A stretch of DNA of 64,000 nt from Podarcis muralis (lineage: Eukaryota): contig NC_135655.1 of assembly GCF_964188315.1 (NCBI RefSeq), forward strand, positions 46,748,001-46,812,000, in the 5' to 3' direction. Shown one piece after another: positions 23,570-36,267 of the stretch; positions within the stretch are counted from its first letter, which is position 1; each line of letters begins with the position of its first letter. The position numbers were made by a program, and so were the translations under genes. The notes below the pieces were generated by a model that did not search any database, had not been told where the DNA came from, and was given only the letters and a program-made list of their open reading frames with translations.

Positions 23570-26035
23570 ATGACTAATGAACTTGCCTGGCTGCTGCTGC
23601 TGATCTCATGGAATGTTTTGAGTGAGAATGCAGGTCAGAAACCTCCACATGGATTTAGATATGCTTCTTATGAAGTGGTCATCCCAAGGAAACTGACCCC
23701 CAGATATGGACTACAAGAACCCCATGATGTCACATACCTGCTGTAGACGGAGGGGAAGGTCCATGTTGTGCATCTGAGGCAGAAGAGGGGCTTCACTGCT
23801 AAACACCTCCCTGTCTTCACTTACAGTAAGGAGGGAGACTTCCAGACGGACTATCCTTTCATCAGAGACGACTGCTTCTACCGTAGCTTTGTACAAGATA
23901 AGCCTTCCTCCTGGGTCACCCTCAGCACTTGCTCAGGAGGCCTCAGGGGTCTGTTGCACTTAGAAAACGACACCTATGAAGTTGAACCTATCCAGGCGCC
24001 TGCTGCTGCTTCTCAACACGTGGTGTATAGGTTGGAAGAAAAGGAGAATGCTTTTAACATGAGGTGTGGGCTAACAAAGGAAGAGCAGAGTCATCAGTTG
24101 GCCTTGATCCAAAATACAAAGAATTCAGCAGCCCCAAGTGCTGCTGCAGGAGTCTGGTGGGCACACACCCGGTATGTGAAGCTTTCAATTGTGATAGAGC
24201 ATCAACTATATGTCAAGTTTAACAGAAATGAAAGTCATGTTACTATGGAAGTTTTGGATGTCATCCACACTTCAAACTCACTATATGAGCCACTTGCTGT
24301 TGAGTTGTCTATAGCTGCACTGGATATATGGTCAGCAAGGATCCCCATAAAAGTTGTTAATGATATGGATATTACACTAGAGAATTTTAATCTCTGGAAA
24401 AGAGAATCACTCACTAGGCATATACAAAATGATGCTTCTCATTTATTCATTAATAAGAATTTTGACTTTACAGCTGGAAAAGCTTTCCTAGGAACGATTT
24501 GCAATCAATATATGGCAATTGGTGTTGAATCATATATGGGTTTTAGTTTGTTCGAATTTTCTGTCATATTTACTCATGAATTAGGACATAATCTTGGCAT
24601 GCAACATGATGGAAAGTACTGTAAATGTGATCGGCCTGAATGCATTATGGCTGCATTTCACACAAACTCTGATAAGTTTAGCAATTGCAGTTACAATGAG
24701 TACTACAAGCTAAGGAACAATCCATGTTTATCCATTCCACCAGTCTCTGATAAAATGTTTAAATCTCCATACTGTGGCAACAAGGTAGTGGAAGATGGAG
24801 AGCAATGTGACTGCGGTTCTCCAGAACAATGCAAGTTGGATCCATGTTGCCAGTCTAATTGCATGCTGCGCCCAGGTGCCACTTGTGCTTTTGGACGGTG
24901 TTGTGCTGAGTGTCAGTATCTTCCAGCTCATTATGTCTGCAGAGATAGGAGTAGCCCCTGTGACCTCCCTGAGTACTGCAATGGAACTTCAGAGTGGTGT
25001 CCTGAAGATGTTTATGTACAAGATGGCACCCCGTGTAGTGATGGTGTATACTGCTAACATGGAAATTGCACAACTCACAGTGGGCAGTGTAAAATGATAT
25101 TTGGCAACAACTGGTGCTTCAAGGGCTTGCTTCAGTCATATGAATGGTCAAGGTGATTGTTTTGGCAACTGTGGCCTTAGACATGGAAATTATAAGAAAT
25201 GCAGTGCTAAGAATATTCTGAAAATGTTGGTGTATTACCCTCTTTGAAGGAACACAGCAGCATAATTCAAATGAAAATTAGAAACAAGATGTGTTGTAGT
25301 ACAGTGGTGCCTCGCAAGACGAAATTAATTTGTTCCGCGAGTTTTGTCGTCTTGCGATTTTTTTCGTCTTGCGAAGCACGGTGTCGGGAAAGTTTTGGGA
25401 AAGCTTCAAAAACCTCAAAAAGCTTTAAAAACCTCAAAAAAGGCTACCACACCGCGTGCTATGAGTTGCTCCTCGAAGTCAAGTCGCAACTGTATTAACG
25501 GTGTTAAGAAAAAGGAAACAAACTTGCAAGACGTTTCCGTCTTGCGAAGCAAGCCCATAGGGAAAATCGTCTTGCGAAGCAGCTCAAAAAACAAAAAACC
25601 CTTTCGTCTAGCGAGTTTTTTGTCTTGCGAGGCATTCGTCTTGCGAGGTACCACTGTACAGACTATCACAGTGGACTGGAGATAGCGGATACTGGGGCAG
25701 TGAGAGGTGGTACCCCTTGTGGCAAGAACATGATGTGTATTAATGGGGAGTGCAAGAGTATATCCCTCTTGAGGAATGAATGTAATGTCACAAAGTGCCA
25801 TTATAGGGGAATATGCAACAACTACCAACATTGTCATTGTGTTTCTGGCTGGACCCCTCCTGACTGTCTAAACAAAGGTCTCGGTGGCAGCATTGACAGT
25901 GGGCCCGCTCCACGAGGGTACATTTGGAATCGTAGTGCCAGCAGAGCAGGAACTGCAGATGTACTTGGATTAGTCATTTCTGCTACTGTTGTTGGTGTTG
26001 GCCTAGGTATTTATTTCCGGAAAAGACTGAGATAG
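23570..26035 (+). pseudogene. ADAM20/21-like copy C, full-length pseudogene
   Basis: ATG 23570; CAG>TAG stop at 23744; TAT>TAA stop at 25055; small deletions near 25090 and 25220; MITE insertion 25302-25656 inside the CWSTDYH codons; 3' part GLGIYFRKRLR*. Zinc motif HELGHNLGMQHD is intact. Confidence 0.9.
25302..25656. mobile_element. Tc1/mariner-type MITE (CAGTGGTGCCTCGCAAGACG family) inserted in ADAM-C
   Basis: TIR cagtggtgcctcgcaagacg / cgtcttgcgaggtaccactg; TA duplication (tgtagTA...TAcagactatcac). Confidence 0.92.
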
Positions 26036-27682
26036 AAGTTTTCACATTTAAGTGGAAGAGTCCATCAGCACAATTAATAAGTTTGGATTCTGGAGCAAAT
26101 CACAGAAAAGAGCAATGGACAACTTGCCAGATACAGAGGAAGCAACAGACTGTGTTATGTAGATATATATTTGAATATTTAAGCATTTCATTATATTAAA
26201 CTAACATAGAGGTTACCAAGGCATAGACTACAGAGGTGAGGCTATACCTGTCCAGATAAGGGCATAGCTGGGCCACCAGCTGAAACTGATGGAAGGCACT
26301 TCATGCCACCAAGGCCACCTGAGCCTCAAGTGACAGCAAAGGATCCAGAGGTACCCCCAAGGTACGTACCTGCACCTTCACAGGGAGTATAATCCCATCA
26401 AGAGCAGGCGATCTCCCATCCATCTGGTCTAGGAGACCACCTACTAACAGTGCCTCAGTCTTTTTCCTCTATCTTTTTTATTGAAACCTTTTGGCATACA
26501 ATACAATAAAATATAAACTAAATAAAAAAGAAAACAATGAAAAAGAAAAGAGAAAGAGAAAGGAGGAATAAAAAGCCCTCTACCAGAGGTAGATCTTTAC
26601 CCTTGTCTCACACAAAAAGGGTGGACCTTCCCAGCTCTCACCTGGGGGCTTCCCTTTCTTCTCCCAGCCTCCCACTCTGGGAGATCTTCTCTTCCCTGCC
26701 TCTCACACAGGGTCCTTCACCATTCATCTGTCACCTTCCTGTGCAAACCCTCATTAACCCAGAGAAGATGTCACAAAACAAAACAAGCAAGAATGAAGTG
26801 GACAGAAAAGAAATAACAGAAATAAAGATAATAAAAAATAGAAAGAGAGAAAAGAGAAATAAATAAAAAGGACTTCTGATTCGCCATCTGTCAATTATGA
26901 ATATAAAGATTATTCAGAGTATTCACTCCAGGATGGTATCCAGCTGTATTGCAGGATAATATCCAGCTGTTCCTTAGTATGCAGGACAGTGTTTTCCCAA
27001 TCTTCAGTACTAAATCATTTCCACATAAAAGTCCAAAAGGAGTATTCAGTTGTCCCCTTCCTACTAGTTTTTATCAGCCAAGAGGGGCGAGGCCTCAGAG
27101 TGCAAGTGGTTATCTTAACCAATCCAAGCAACTTGTCCACTTCCTCAAGCCTTACTAACTGAAACTCATCCAACACAACAGGACTAGGCAGTGCTCTGCA
27201 CACCCCTTGAGGTTCATATGCCGTAACAGCAGAGTCGATATCTTGGTAGATGCAAACAATTTTATAATCAAAATGCTTTGCAAACAATTCACAGTGAGTT
27301 GCTGTCAGTTCTTGCCACCTCCTTCAGGCTGAACTATAAAAGGCTCCACACTTCTAGTAAAAGCTCTGTCAGATGGCACAAGGAAGGTGCAATGCTGAAT
27401 AGCTTAGTTGGTTAGAGCATAGCGCTGATAATGCCAAAAGTCTTTCCAAAATCAGGAAGAAAGCTTTAATTTTCTGTAGGAATGGATTTAGGCACTATGA
27501 CAGGAGATATTACTGTATTTATCCTTCCTTGAGTGAGGTCAGCAGAACACCACCACCCTTTGCAGCTTTAAATTTGGTAAGATAAGGTCAATTTAACCTT
27601 CTAGAAACAATGATCTGGGATGTTTTAAGGCAGTCTGCACCTTCCCTAGTATTACCTCTTTTTACACCCTTTAAAGTAACAA

Positions 27683-27683
<1 letters not shown>

Positions 27684-27726
<43 letters not shown>
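27684..27726. repeat. (CA)n microsatellite
   Basis: Directly visible. Confidence 0.95.
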
Positions 27727-27728
<2 letters not shown>

Positions 27729-27816
27729 TTTTGTGAAGAAGTAAAAGTAATATTTACTTACATAATCTAGGTCTTGAAGCAATTACAGCAGCAAAATGAA
27801 GGCAGATTTATAACTA

Positions 27817-28057
27817 CAGTGGTACCTTGGTTCTCAAACATAATCCATTCCGGAAGACCGTTCAACTTCCGAAACCTTTGAAAACCGAGGCACAAAGGGC
27901 TGGCTGCAAGTTCAATTGGAAAAATTGAAAAACACGCAGTAGAAGCTGTTCTACTTCTGAGGCGCATTTGAAAATGGAAGCAATTACTTCCAGATTTTTG
28001 GCGTTCAAAAACCAAAACGTTCGGCTTCCGAGATGCTCAAAAACCAAGGTGCCACTA
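27817..28057. mobile_element. Tc1/mariner-type MITE (third internal type)
   Basis: cagtggtaccttggtt ... aaccaaggtgccacta inverted ends, TA on the left. Confidence 0.8.
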
Positions 28058-28079
28058 TTATCTAACTTACAAAAGTAAC

Positions 28080-28838
28080 TCTGCCTTGCCAGAGTGGTGC
28101 ATGCTCTGATTATCTCCCACTTGGATTACTGCAATATGCTCTACAGGGGTGCCAAATTGAATAAAATATTGAGGGGGGGCAGGTAAGCTACGCCCCACAT
28201 AATTTATCACATGATGCGGCACACACCCACACACCAATTGAATGGCAATGTCCATCAACTTTGGTGGGTCCCAGCCGGCTCAAATATTTTACTGGGGGGG
28301 GGGGTAGGGACATCAGCCCCTAGGAGTTGGCTCCTGTGATGCTCTATGTGGGGCTACCATTGAAGCCGACTCAGAAACTACAACTAATCCATAATGTGTC
28401 AGCTAGACTGGTGACTGGGAATAGCTGCCGGGACCACATAACACCAGTCCTAAACTGTCTACATTGGCTCCCAGTACGTTTCCGAGCACAAATCAAAGTG
28501 TTGGTGCTGACCTTCAAAGCCCTAAACGGCCTTAGCCCCGTACATCTGAAGGAGCATTTCCACCCCCAACGTTCAACTTGGACACATAGGTCCAGTTCCG
28601 AGGACCTTCTGGCAGTTCCCTCACTGCAAGAAGTGAAGCTATAGGAACCCAGTCAGAGGGTCTTCTTGGTAGTGGCGCCCACCCTATGCCATGCCCTCTA
28701 ATCAGCTATCTGACTTTTAAAAGACATCTGAAGGCAGCCCTCTATAGGAAAGCTTTTAGTGTTTGATGTTTTATGGTGTTTTTATATTTTGCTGAAAGCT
28801 ACCCAGAGTGGCTGGGGAAACCTAGTCAGATGGGCAGT

Positions 28839-28888
<50 letters not shown>
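28080..28888 (+). mobile_element. L2 3' fragment with (AAT)n tail, interrupted at 28142-28338
   Basis: Aligns to 16080-16700 (YVGLPLK...HWLPVRFRAQIKVLVLTFKALNGL). Confidence 0.88.
28142..28338. mobile_element. Non-autonomous inverted-repeat DNA element, class uncertain
   Basis: Interrupts L2 homology; ends tacaggggtgccaa / ttggctcctgtg; flanked by direct repeat atgctc. Confidence 0.65.
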
Positions 28889-28889
<1 letters not shown>

Positions 28890-30021
28890 TTTTCAAAATG
28901 GTGTGTCAGCTGCAGAGCTCAGACATGCATGTGTGGTCAGCTTGGAGGCATAATGAAGAAAGAGAGATGCCTAGGCAGCAAGGACGTATATAGTGCTACA
29001 GCTTCCTGCCAAGGCAAACAAAGGAAGGGATCTCACAGAGTTCTCTCTAGAAAATTTTGGATGAAAGCTCTGTGAGTCTCAGCCCCATCATGTGTCTATC
29101 TCACAAAACATGAATGGTTGCTTTGGGGTGCAATAATGTACCAAAATTTCACCCAATGTATTTTAGAAATCTGTCAATTTGTTTTTGTTATTGCAGTATA
29201 AACATAAATATTTAAATCATCTCTCGTAAACCAACTTGTAATTCACAAAAGTATTTACACAATAATATTGCAGAGTAAAGGATACGCAAACCTACGTATT
29301 TCCTAAAGATACTTATTTGGCATTTCCCCCTGCCCATAAGAAATTTGTCATTTTCTTGCCATTCTTTTCATGCCTTTTTTGTGTATATGTCAGGGATAAT
29401 GTAAATTTAGTGGTTAATGTACATAACAACCAGACATTCAAACACCTCTGCACTGCTGTTTGAACTTTGGAAAACCAGAGGTTCAAAAAGCATCATGGGG
29501 CTGTTTCAAAGCCCTTAGCAAACAGCCTTGCACTTCTGCTTTAAACATCCAAATTCCAGAGGTTTAATGCAGCAACATGAGGCTGCTTGCAAAGGGCTTT
29601 CAAACAGCCACACTTTAAAGTCCTTCAACTCAGGGCTTCAAAACACAGCAGCATCCCCCGATGTCACTATAATGCCAGGTGACTGATGGGTGGGCAGCCC
29701 TACTCACCTGTCAAATTTGATATCTCCCCATTGGCAGGCCAATGTGGTCTCCCAGCCAGAAAGTATTTTCCACCATTGCTAGACACCCTCTGTTGTTATT
29801 TTCCCATTCTGTTCCATCATGGATACTTCAAACTCCGCCCACATTCCAAAAAGTGATTCTACTCACTGTTGCTATGGTCAGAATCATCCTCCTTCTTTAT
29901 CCCACATGCAGTCTCCTTCCAGTCTTGCTACAGGCCCACCTGCAGCTACAGAGGGCTTCCTTGCCCTGTATAAGAAGCTGGAGTAGAGTAATTTAGCAGA
30001 AATTTTTGTCTCTTGGTGGAA

Positions 30022-32106
30022 ATGATCAGCAATTCTGCCAGCTTGTTAATACTGATACTACGGAATGCCCTGGTTGAGGCTGCAGGTCAGACACCACCGA
30101 AGGGTTATAGGTATGCCTCTTATGAAGTGACCACTCCTAGAAAACTGACCTATGGTTATGGACAACAAGAACCCAGTGATGTCACCTACCTGCTGCAGAT
30201 TGAGGGGCAGGGTCATGTGGTGCAGCTGAAGCAAAAGAGGGGTATTGTCCCTAAACAACTCCCTGTCATCACTTACAGTAAGGAGGGGGACCCCCAGATG
30301 GACTATCCTTTCATCAGAGATGACTGCTTCTACCATGGCTTTGTACAAGGCAAGCCTTCCTCTTGGGTTACCCTCAGCGCTTGTTCAGGGTGGCTCAGGG
30401 GTGTGCTGCACTTTGAAAATAACACCTATGAAATTGAACCTGTTCAGGTATCTTCTGCTTCTCAACACGTGGTGTATAGGTTGGAAGAAAAGGATGGGGC
30501 TATCCGCATGAGGTGTGGGTTAACAGAAGAAGAGCAAAGCCATCAGTTGGCCATGATGCAAACCACAAGGAATATATTGACCCACAGTGCTGCTGGTGAA
30601 GGCTGGTGGGGACACACTAGGTATGTGGAGGTTGCAATTGTGGTAGAACATGAACGATATGTCAAGTTTGGCAGAAATGAAAGTCGTATTGTTATGCAAG
30701 TTCTGGATGTCCTCCACACTGCCAATGCACTATATGAGCCATTTTCTGTTGAATTGTCTATATCTGCACTGGAGATATGGTCAGAAAGGAACCTCATTCA
30801 AGTTACTAACAGTATAAATGACACACTTAAGAGTTTCTCACGTTGGAGAACAGCCTCACTAGTTAAACATATAAAGAATGATGCTGCTCACCTATTTGTA
30901 TATAAGAGTTTTGGAAGTACATTTGGATTAGCATACATAGGCACAGTTTGTAGTACCCTTTGGGCATCTGGTGTTGAATCCTATATGACTTCCAGTTTGT
31001 TCCATATTTCTAACACATTTGCCCATGAATTAGGACATAATCTTGGCATGCAACATGATGGAAGATACTGTACTTGTGATCGACATGCCTGCATTATGGC
31101 TGCAGATCAAGCTAACGCTGATAAATTTAGTAATTGCAGTTATAAAGATTATTACAAAATAAGGAACTCTCATTGCTTGTTAATTCCACCAGACCCTTAT
31201 AGAACGCAGAAAATCACATCTTGTGGCAACAAAGTAGTGGAAAATGGAGAACAATGTGACTGTGGTTCAAAACGTGAATGTAAGTCAGATCCATGTTGCC
31301 GATCTAATTGTATGCTGCGTTCTGCTGCTACTTGTGCTTTTGGACTTTGCTGTGCTAAGTGTCAGTATCGTCCAGTTCATTCTGTTTGCAGACAGAATGT
31401 TGGCCGCTGTGATCTTCCTGAATACTGCAATGGGACTTCAGAATGGTGTCCTGAAGATGTGTATGTACAAGATGGTGCCCCATGCGGGGATGGTGCATAC
31501 TGTTACCATGGGAATTGCACAACCCATGACAGACAGTGCAGAATGATATTCGGCAAGAAAGCAACAGCTGCTTCAGAGGTTTGCTTCAAAGAGATGAATG
31601 CCCGAGGTGATCGCTTTGGCAACTGTGGCCTTAGACATGGCACTTATAAGAAATGTAATGCTACCAATAGCTTGTGTGGTCGAATTCAGTGTGATAACAT
31701 TACGAAGTTACCTTCTTTGAAACGACACAGCACAATATTTCAAATACCCATTGGCAATAGGAAATGCTGGGGTACGGACTACCACATTGGAATGGAGATA
31801 CCTGATATTGGAGCAGTGAGAGATGGGACTCCTTGTGGCAAGAGGATGATGTGTATTAATGGGGAGTGCAAGAGTGTGTCCCTCTTGAAATATGATTGTA
31901 ATGTGACAAAATGCCATAATCGGGGAAGATGCAACACTTACAAACATTGTCATTGTGATTATGGCTGGGCTCCTCCAGATTGTCTCAATGAAGGCTATGG
32001 TGGCAGTATTGACAGTGGCCCCCCTCCACCACGCAGGATTGGCTACAAAGTAGGAATTTTTATAGGAATTGTATCTATCCTTTTCCTTCTGTTGGTGTTG
32101 GTTTAA
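30022..32106 (+). CDS. ADAM20/21-like copy D (~694 aa, no cytoplasmic tail)
   Basis: ATG 30022 (gaaATG); signal peptide; MRCGLT; HELGHNLGMQHD; disintegrin, Cys-rich and EGF domains; ends GIFIGIVSILFLLLVLV*. Confidence 0.92.
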   Translation: MISNSASLLILILRNALVEAAGQTPPKGYRYASYEVTTPRKLTYGYGQQEPSDVTYLLQIEGQGHVVQLKQKRGIVPKQLPVITYSKEGDPQMDYPFIRDDCFYHGFVQGKPSSWVTLSACSGWLRGVLHFENNTYEIEPVQVSSASQHVVYRLEEKDGAIRMRCGLTEEEQSHQLAMMQTTRNILTHSAAGEGWWGHTRYVEVAIVVEHERYVKFGRNESRIVMQVLDVLHTANALYEPFSVELSISALEIWSERNLIQVTNSINDTLKSFSRWRTASLVKHIKNDAAHLFVYKSFGSTFGLAYIGTVCSTLWASGVESYMTSSLFHISNTFAHELGHNLGMQHDGRYCTCDRHACIMAADQANADKFSNCSYKDYYKIRNSHCLLIPPDPYRTQKITSCGNKVVENGEQCDCGSKRECKSDPCCRSNCMLRSAATCAFGLCCAKCQYRPVHSVCRQNVGRCDLPEYCNGTSEWCPEDVYVQDGAPCGDGAYCYHGNCTTHDRQCRMIFGKKATAASEVCFKEMNARGDRFGNCGLRHGTYKKCNATNSLCGRIQCDNITKLPSLKRHSTIFQIPIGNRKCWGTDYHIGMEIPDIGAVRDGTPCGKRMMCINGECKSVSLLKYDCNVTKCHNRGRCNTYKHCHCDYGWAPPDCLNEGYGGSIDSGPPPPRRIGYKVGIFIGIVSILFLLLVLV

Positions 32107-35100
32107 GGGAAATGGACTGAGAAACTAATTTAAAAGACTGAGTTCAAGATTCCTTCAAACTGAATCTAAACAGGAGTAAAACCCACAATAAATCATGGAA
32201 GTCAACAATGCACATTGTATAAAAAATATACAAAGAAAATAATAGGCAATATTTTACAAAAATGTAACTTTGAGTCTGAAAGCTTTTGAGTATTATTATT
32301 TCACTACCTTTTGTGGAGTTACTCTCCTTAGCAAATCAGTTTATGAAAATCTTGGTCTCATCAACAGGTAAGAAACCTGCTTTTTATCAAGGCTATCTAT
32401 CCTCTAATCCTCTGAAATGTTGTTCCACTAAATACCGAGGGAAACATCTGCTTTCTGGAATGGATAACTGCACACTGAGCAAAAGCCACATTTCCCAATA
32501 TCATTATTTCCCCACAGAAACCTTCATAAGCACTGCTGCTATGCGAATGCCTCTTCCCAATACACGTTGTGCATCATAACACACATAAGATGATGCTATA
32601 GCATCCCCTGATCTATCAACGCTGGAGCCAGCAATGACCCAACTACTTTAAGTCTTACAGGCAGGTATTTTAGTCGCTCACACAGCCCTCTGGGACAATG
32701 GAATAAGGGATCAAGATGTGGTTCTGACGAGAGGTGCTAAACCTTCAGCCACACACATTGAAGGGAAAGATGAGCAGTGAAAGGGAGGAGACAGACCATG
32801 CAATAAAGGCAGCCACAAACACAAACTGACAGCATTCCTGCTCCAGTGGCTCACTCCATATGGCAGTGATGGGGAACGAGACACCCTCCAGATAGTGTTG
32901 GATGATCAACCCCCAGTTAAAGATTTTGGGATTTGTAGTCCAGCAATAACTGGAGGTTCCCCATTCTTGCCATAGAGCATGGGGTTGGGAAGCAGAATAT
33001 GAAATTTTGAGCTGCACCAGGAAGAAAATGACCTCATCTTTTTCATGCCTTGCAAAAAAAGAAGAGAAAATATTGAGTCAGGAGGAAAAGAGAGTTCCAA
33101 GATCTCAAACGCAGACTGCAAATACAACAGGGAATTCCATAAGTACTTAACAATCTGACACATCATCAACCATTTGCCTCTCTCACTCCTGCACCCCAAT
33201 CATAGATGCCAGGAAACTCAGGGGCTGGAGGAAGAGGAGGCCTTATTTGTAGAACTGCTTGTGTTGGGAACAGGTGATGATAATCAGTGGGTCAGATGTT
33301 GAGCTCCCCCATGTGGGCCATTTTGACAGGTGGGTAGCAAAGGGTGGAGGCTCGCCCTGAATTCAGGTACACTTAAGCAAACCAGGAGAAGTACTGCATG
33401 AACCAATAGTCATGCATGTACCAAAGAGTCCTGTTGACCCACCTTCTCTCAGCAATCCATATGACCAACCTTCCCCTGCTATTTTGTCCAACAGGCAACC
33501 CTCATGGCTGGCATCCTAACAGGCTTAATTTACCCACCCACCCCCATTTCTCCCTCTCTCACATCTCCCTGCTACTCCCTCCTGCCCTTGAGGGTTGCTC
33601 CTGTAAGGCTAGCAATGGCAATATTTATAGAGTGGAGTGCCTGGCTTCAACCAACACAAAGCTTACCTGCCTATGGAGATGAGAGTGTCTCCTCTGTGTG
33701 GATGCTGTTGCTTCCCACTGTCGAGGAGGAATAATGTTGGAGCACTGCAGTATAGGCAAGGCATATGGCAAAGGTGGCGGTATGAGAAACTTCACAATGT
33801 ATAATTGTTATACACTCCAGGCAGTTTGCAAAGATCTGTTTAGTGAATTTTTTAAGGGTGTTTTTTTTATTGTGAGATATTACTTGGGTCACACACTGCT
33901 GTGGCTATTTCTGGGCAATGGTATCTCCTCACTGTCTTTTATTGTTTATCCTGTTTGATCTGGTGACTGCACATTTAAAAAAATTTCTGTGATTTTATCT
34001 GTAGTGTTTGTTGTTCAGAGACATGTTTATATAAATAATAGACAAATAAACATTTGAAAGCACTAAATTGATAAATCCAGTTGTCAAATATTAGCTATAG
34101 CAACCTAAATTTGTTATTACTTCAATAGTTATTACTTCCACTACTGTGCCTTGCAACCCACATCTTCCTGATAGAGCCTATGCCTGTGTGTACAGAGAAA
34201 CAGATGCTGCCAAATGGTTAAGTCTGGTACCGCACTCTTATTGTAAGAAACCCAAGATGCACCCTGTGAAGGAGGCTGATTTGCATGCTTGGTGGAGCTG
34301 TAACATATGCTTAACTTTAACTGTTGATATATGTTCAGCAACAAATGAGTGCTTGGGACACGTTTGCCTCCTCTCCAATAACCCTCAATAAGTTTTAAAA
34401 GAGCTCATTTCACCCTAAGCACAAGTGCCCCTGGCAGTGCAAGGGTTAAATTCTGCTGAAGATTAAAATGGTCTTCCTTTGTGAAATGAAGATTTGTTGC
34501 TTGCTGTTAGATGTACTATTGATGTGCCGAGAGCTTGTGTAAGTACTATCAGCCAAGATCACTATAAGTGGGCACTTTCTTCCTGGCTGAAATCTCTACC
34601 AAGAAGGAACGTGTTTGAGTCACATCGACATCTGGGATCTCACCTGCATTTACAATTGGCTGATGGTGCAAAGACCAGAAGTTGCTACAGGAATGATTTG
34701 CTGCTGCTTGCTGGTTGGAATACAAATCTGCACCCGTCACTGATTGCCTAAAGTATTTGAAATGCACCCAGATTAACATACTGGAGATATTATATTACAA
34801 CACTATCAAGTTTATGCATCTTCTTGCAAATTACAATGGACCCCACATCCCCACATCATGACTGCATCCTTGAATCAACCATGAATAAACAAAGTCAAAG
34901 GATTACACTGAAACCTTGGGAGGAAGTGGGCAGTTTTTAACTTTGGGACAACTTTATGGTTTTGTCTATTTTACCAGTCTCTTGTTAATGTGGTTTGCTA
35001 AGCTGAATAAATATGGTCATTTGGGCCACTTCAGGTAAGTGGAGATGGAAGAACTGCTATCCAAACATCTTTTGTGGGATTCTAGGTTTTACGGAATGAG

Positions 35101-36267
35101 GGTTTGACCTAGTTCTAAATACAATAGGAAAATAATTCCTAGTTACTGACATAAGGGTTATATCTGCATATTCCCATCTACTTTCAGAATGTTAGTAAAT
35201 AGTGAAAGTGGAGGTCCCCATCAAATACATGCTATGTGCATACCCCAAATCCTGCATGCCCTACATGCCTATGTTTCTACTGTCAGTTTATTGGACTCTC
35301 TTCCATTTCTTGGTCCTTTGCGTCTCAACTTCCCATTGCATTTAATTTGCAGTCCCAGTCGCAATGCCTCCCCTCCCAGCATGTGACCAAATTGAGATGT
35401 AATAGACCAAACGTGCACAGACAGTGGTTTGGATTAAAAATGGCCACAACTTTATTGATCACAGGTATAGGTGGAATTTTGGCTCAGGCATTGGGTGTAT
35501 ATCCATTCCAGCCTTATAATAAATAATAATAATAATAATAATTTATTATTTGTACCCTGCCCGTTTGGACTAGGTTGCCCCAGCCACTCTGGGAAGCCTT
35601 CTGCCAGAGGTGCTGGAACATTTTCAGGGTAGTGCCAAAGATTATGGCCTCACCAAGTTGCTGATCTAGGGTCACCGCTGAAAGCTCTATGGCCCATCAG
35701 TCTCATTCTTGGCTTCCGGACAGATACATCCACCGAGATCTGTCTAATGGGTAACCCGGAATATGTTCCTGGGTCAGGAGAGGGTGATACACCACTTTAC
35801 CCAAAACCTGAAGACTTGGATTCCACCCAGTGCTTTAATCACTAAAAGTTGTGGTGTTTTGCTGTGGGGAAGGCAAAACCTCAAGACGGTCCAGTTCATC
35901 TGCAGGCAAATTCCTTCCCGCCTAGCAACCATAGCAAGGAAGGCATAAGGAATCAAAATCAGTTAGACGGAATACAACCTAAGGAATAAAGCAGGGTTAA
36001 AGCAGCAACCTGAAAAGTGAAATATGGTTAAACATTATAGGACATTGACCTACATATGTAAAAAACAATTAAATAAAAGGGAGGAAGGGTAAGATTGCTC
36101 TTTGGCCGACAATGCTGCAGAAGGCAAGTGCAGAGAGCTCTTTTAAGGTGTTGCTGCCTGGTGCAGGCATGGCAGAAGCCAATGTTTGGCTAGCCAGCAA
36201 GGCACTGCCCAACTGGTGGGGCCTCTGATTGGCCCCTTTGAAGCTGGGGTTAAGAAGAGAAGTTCCA

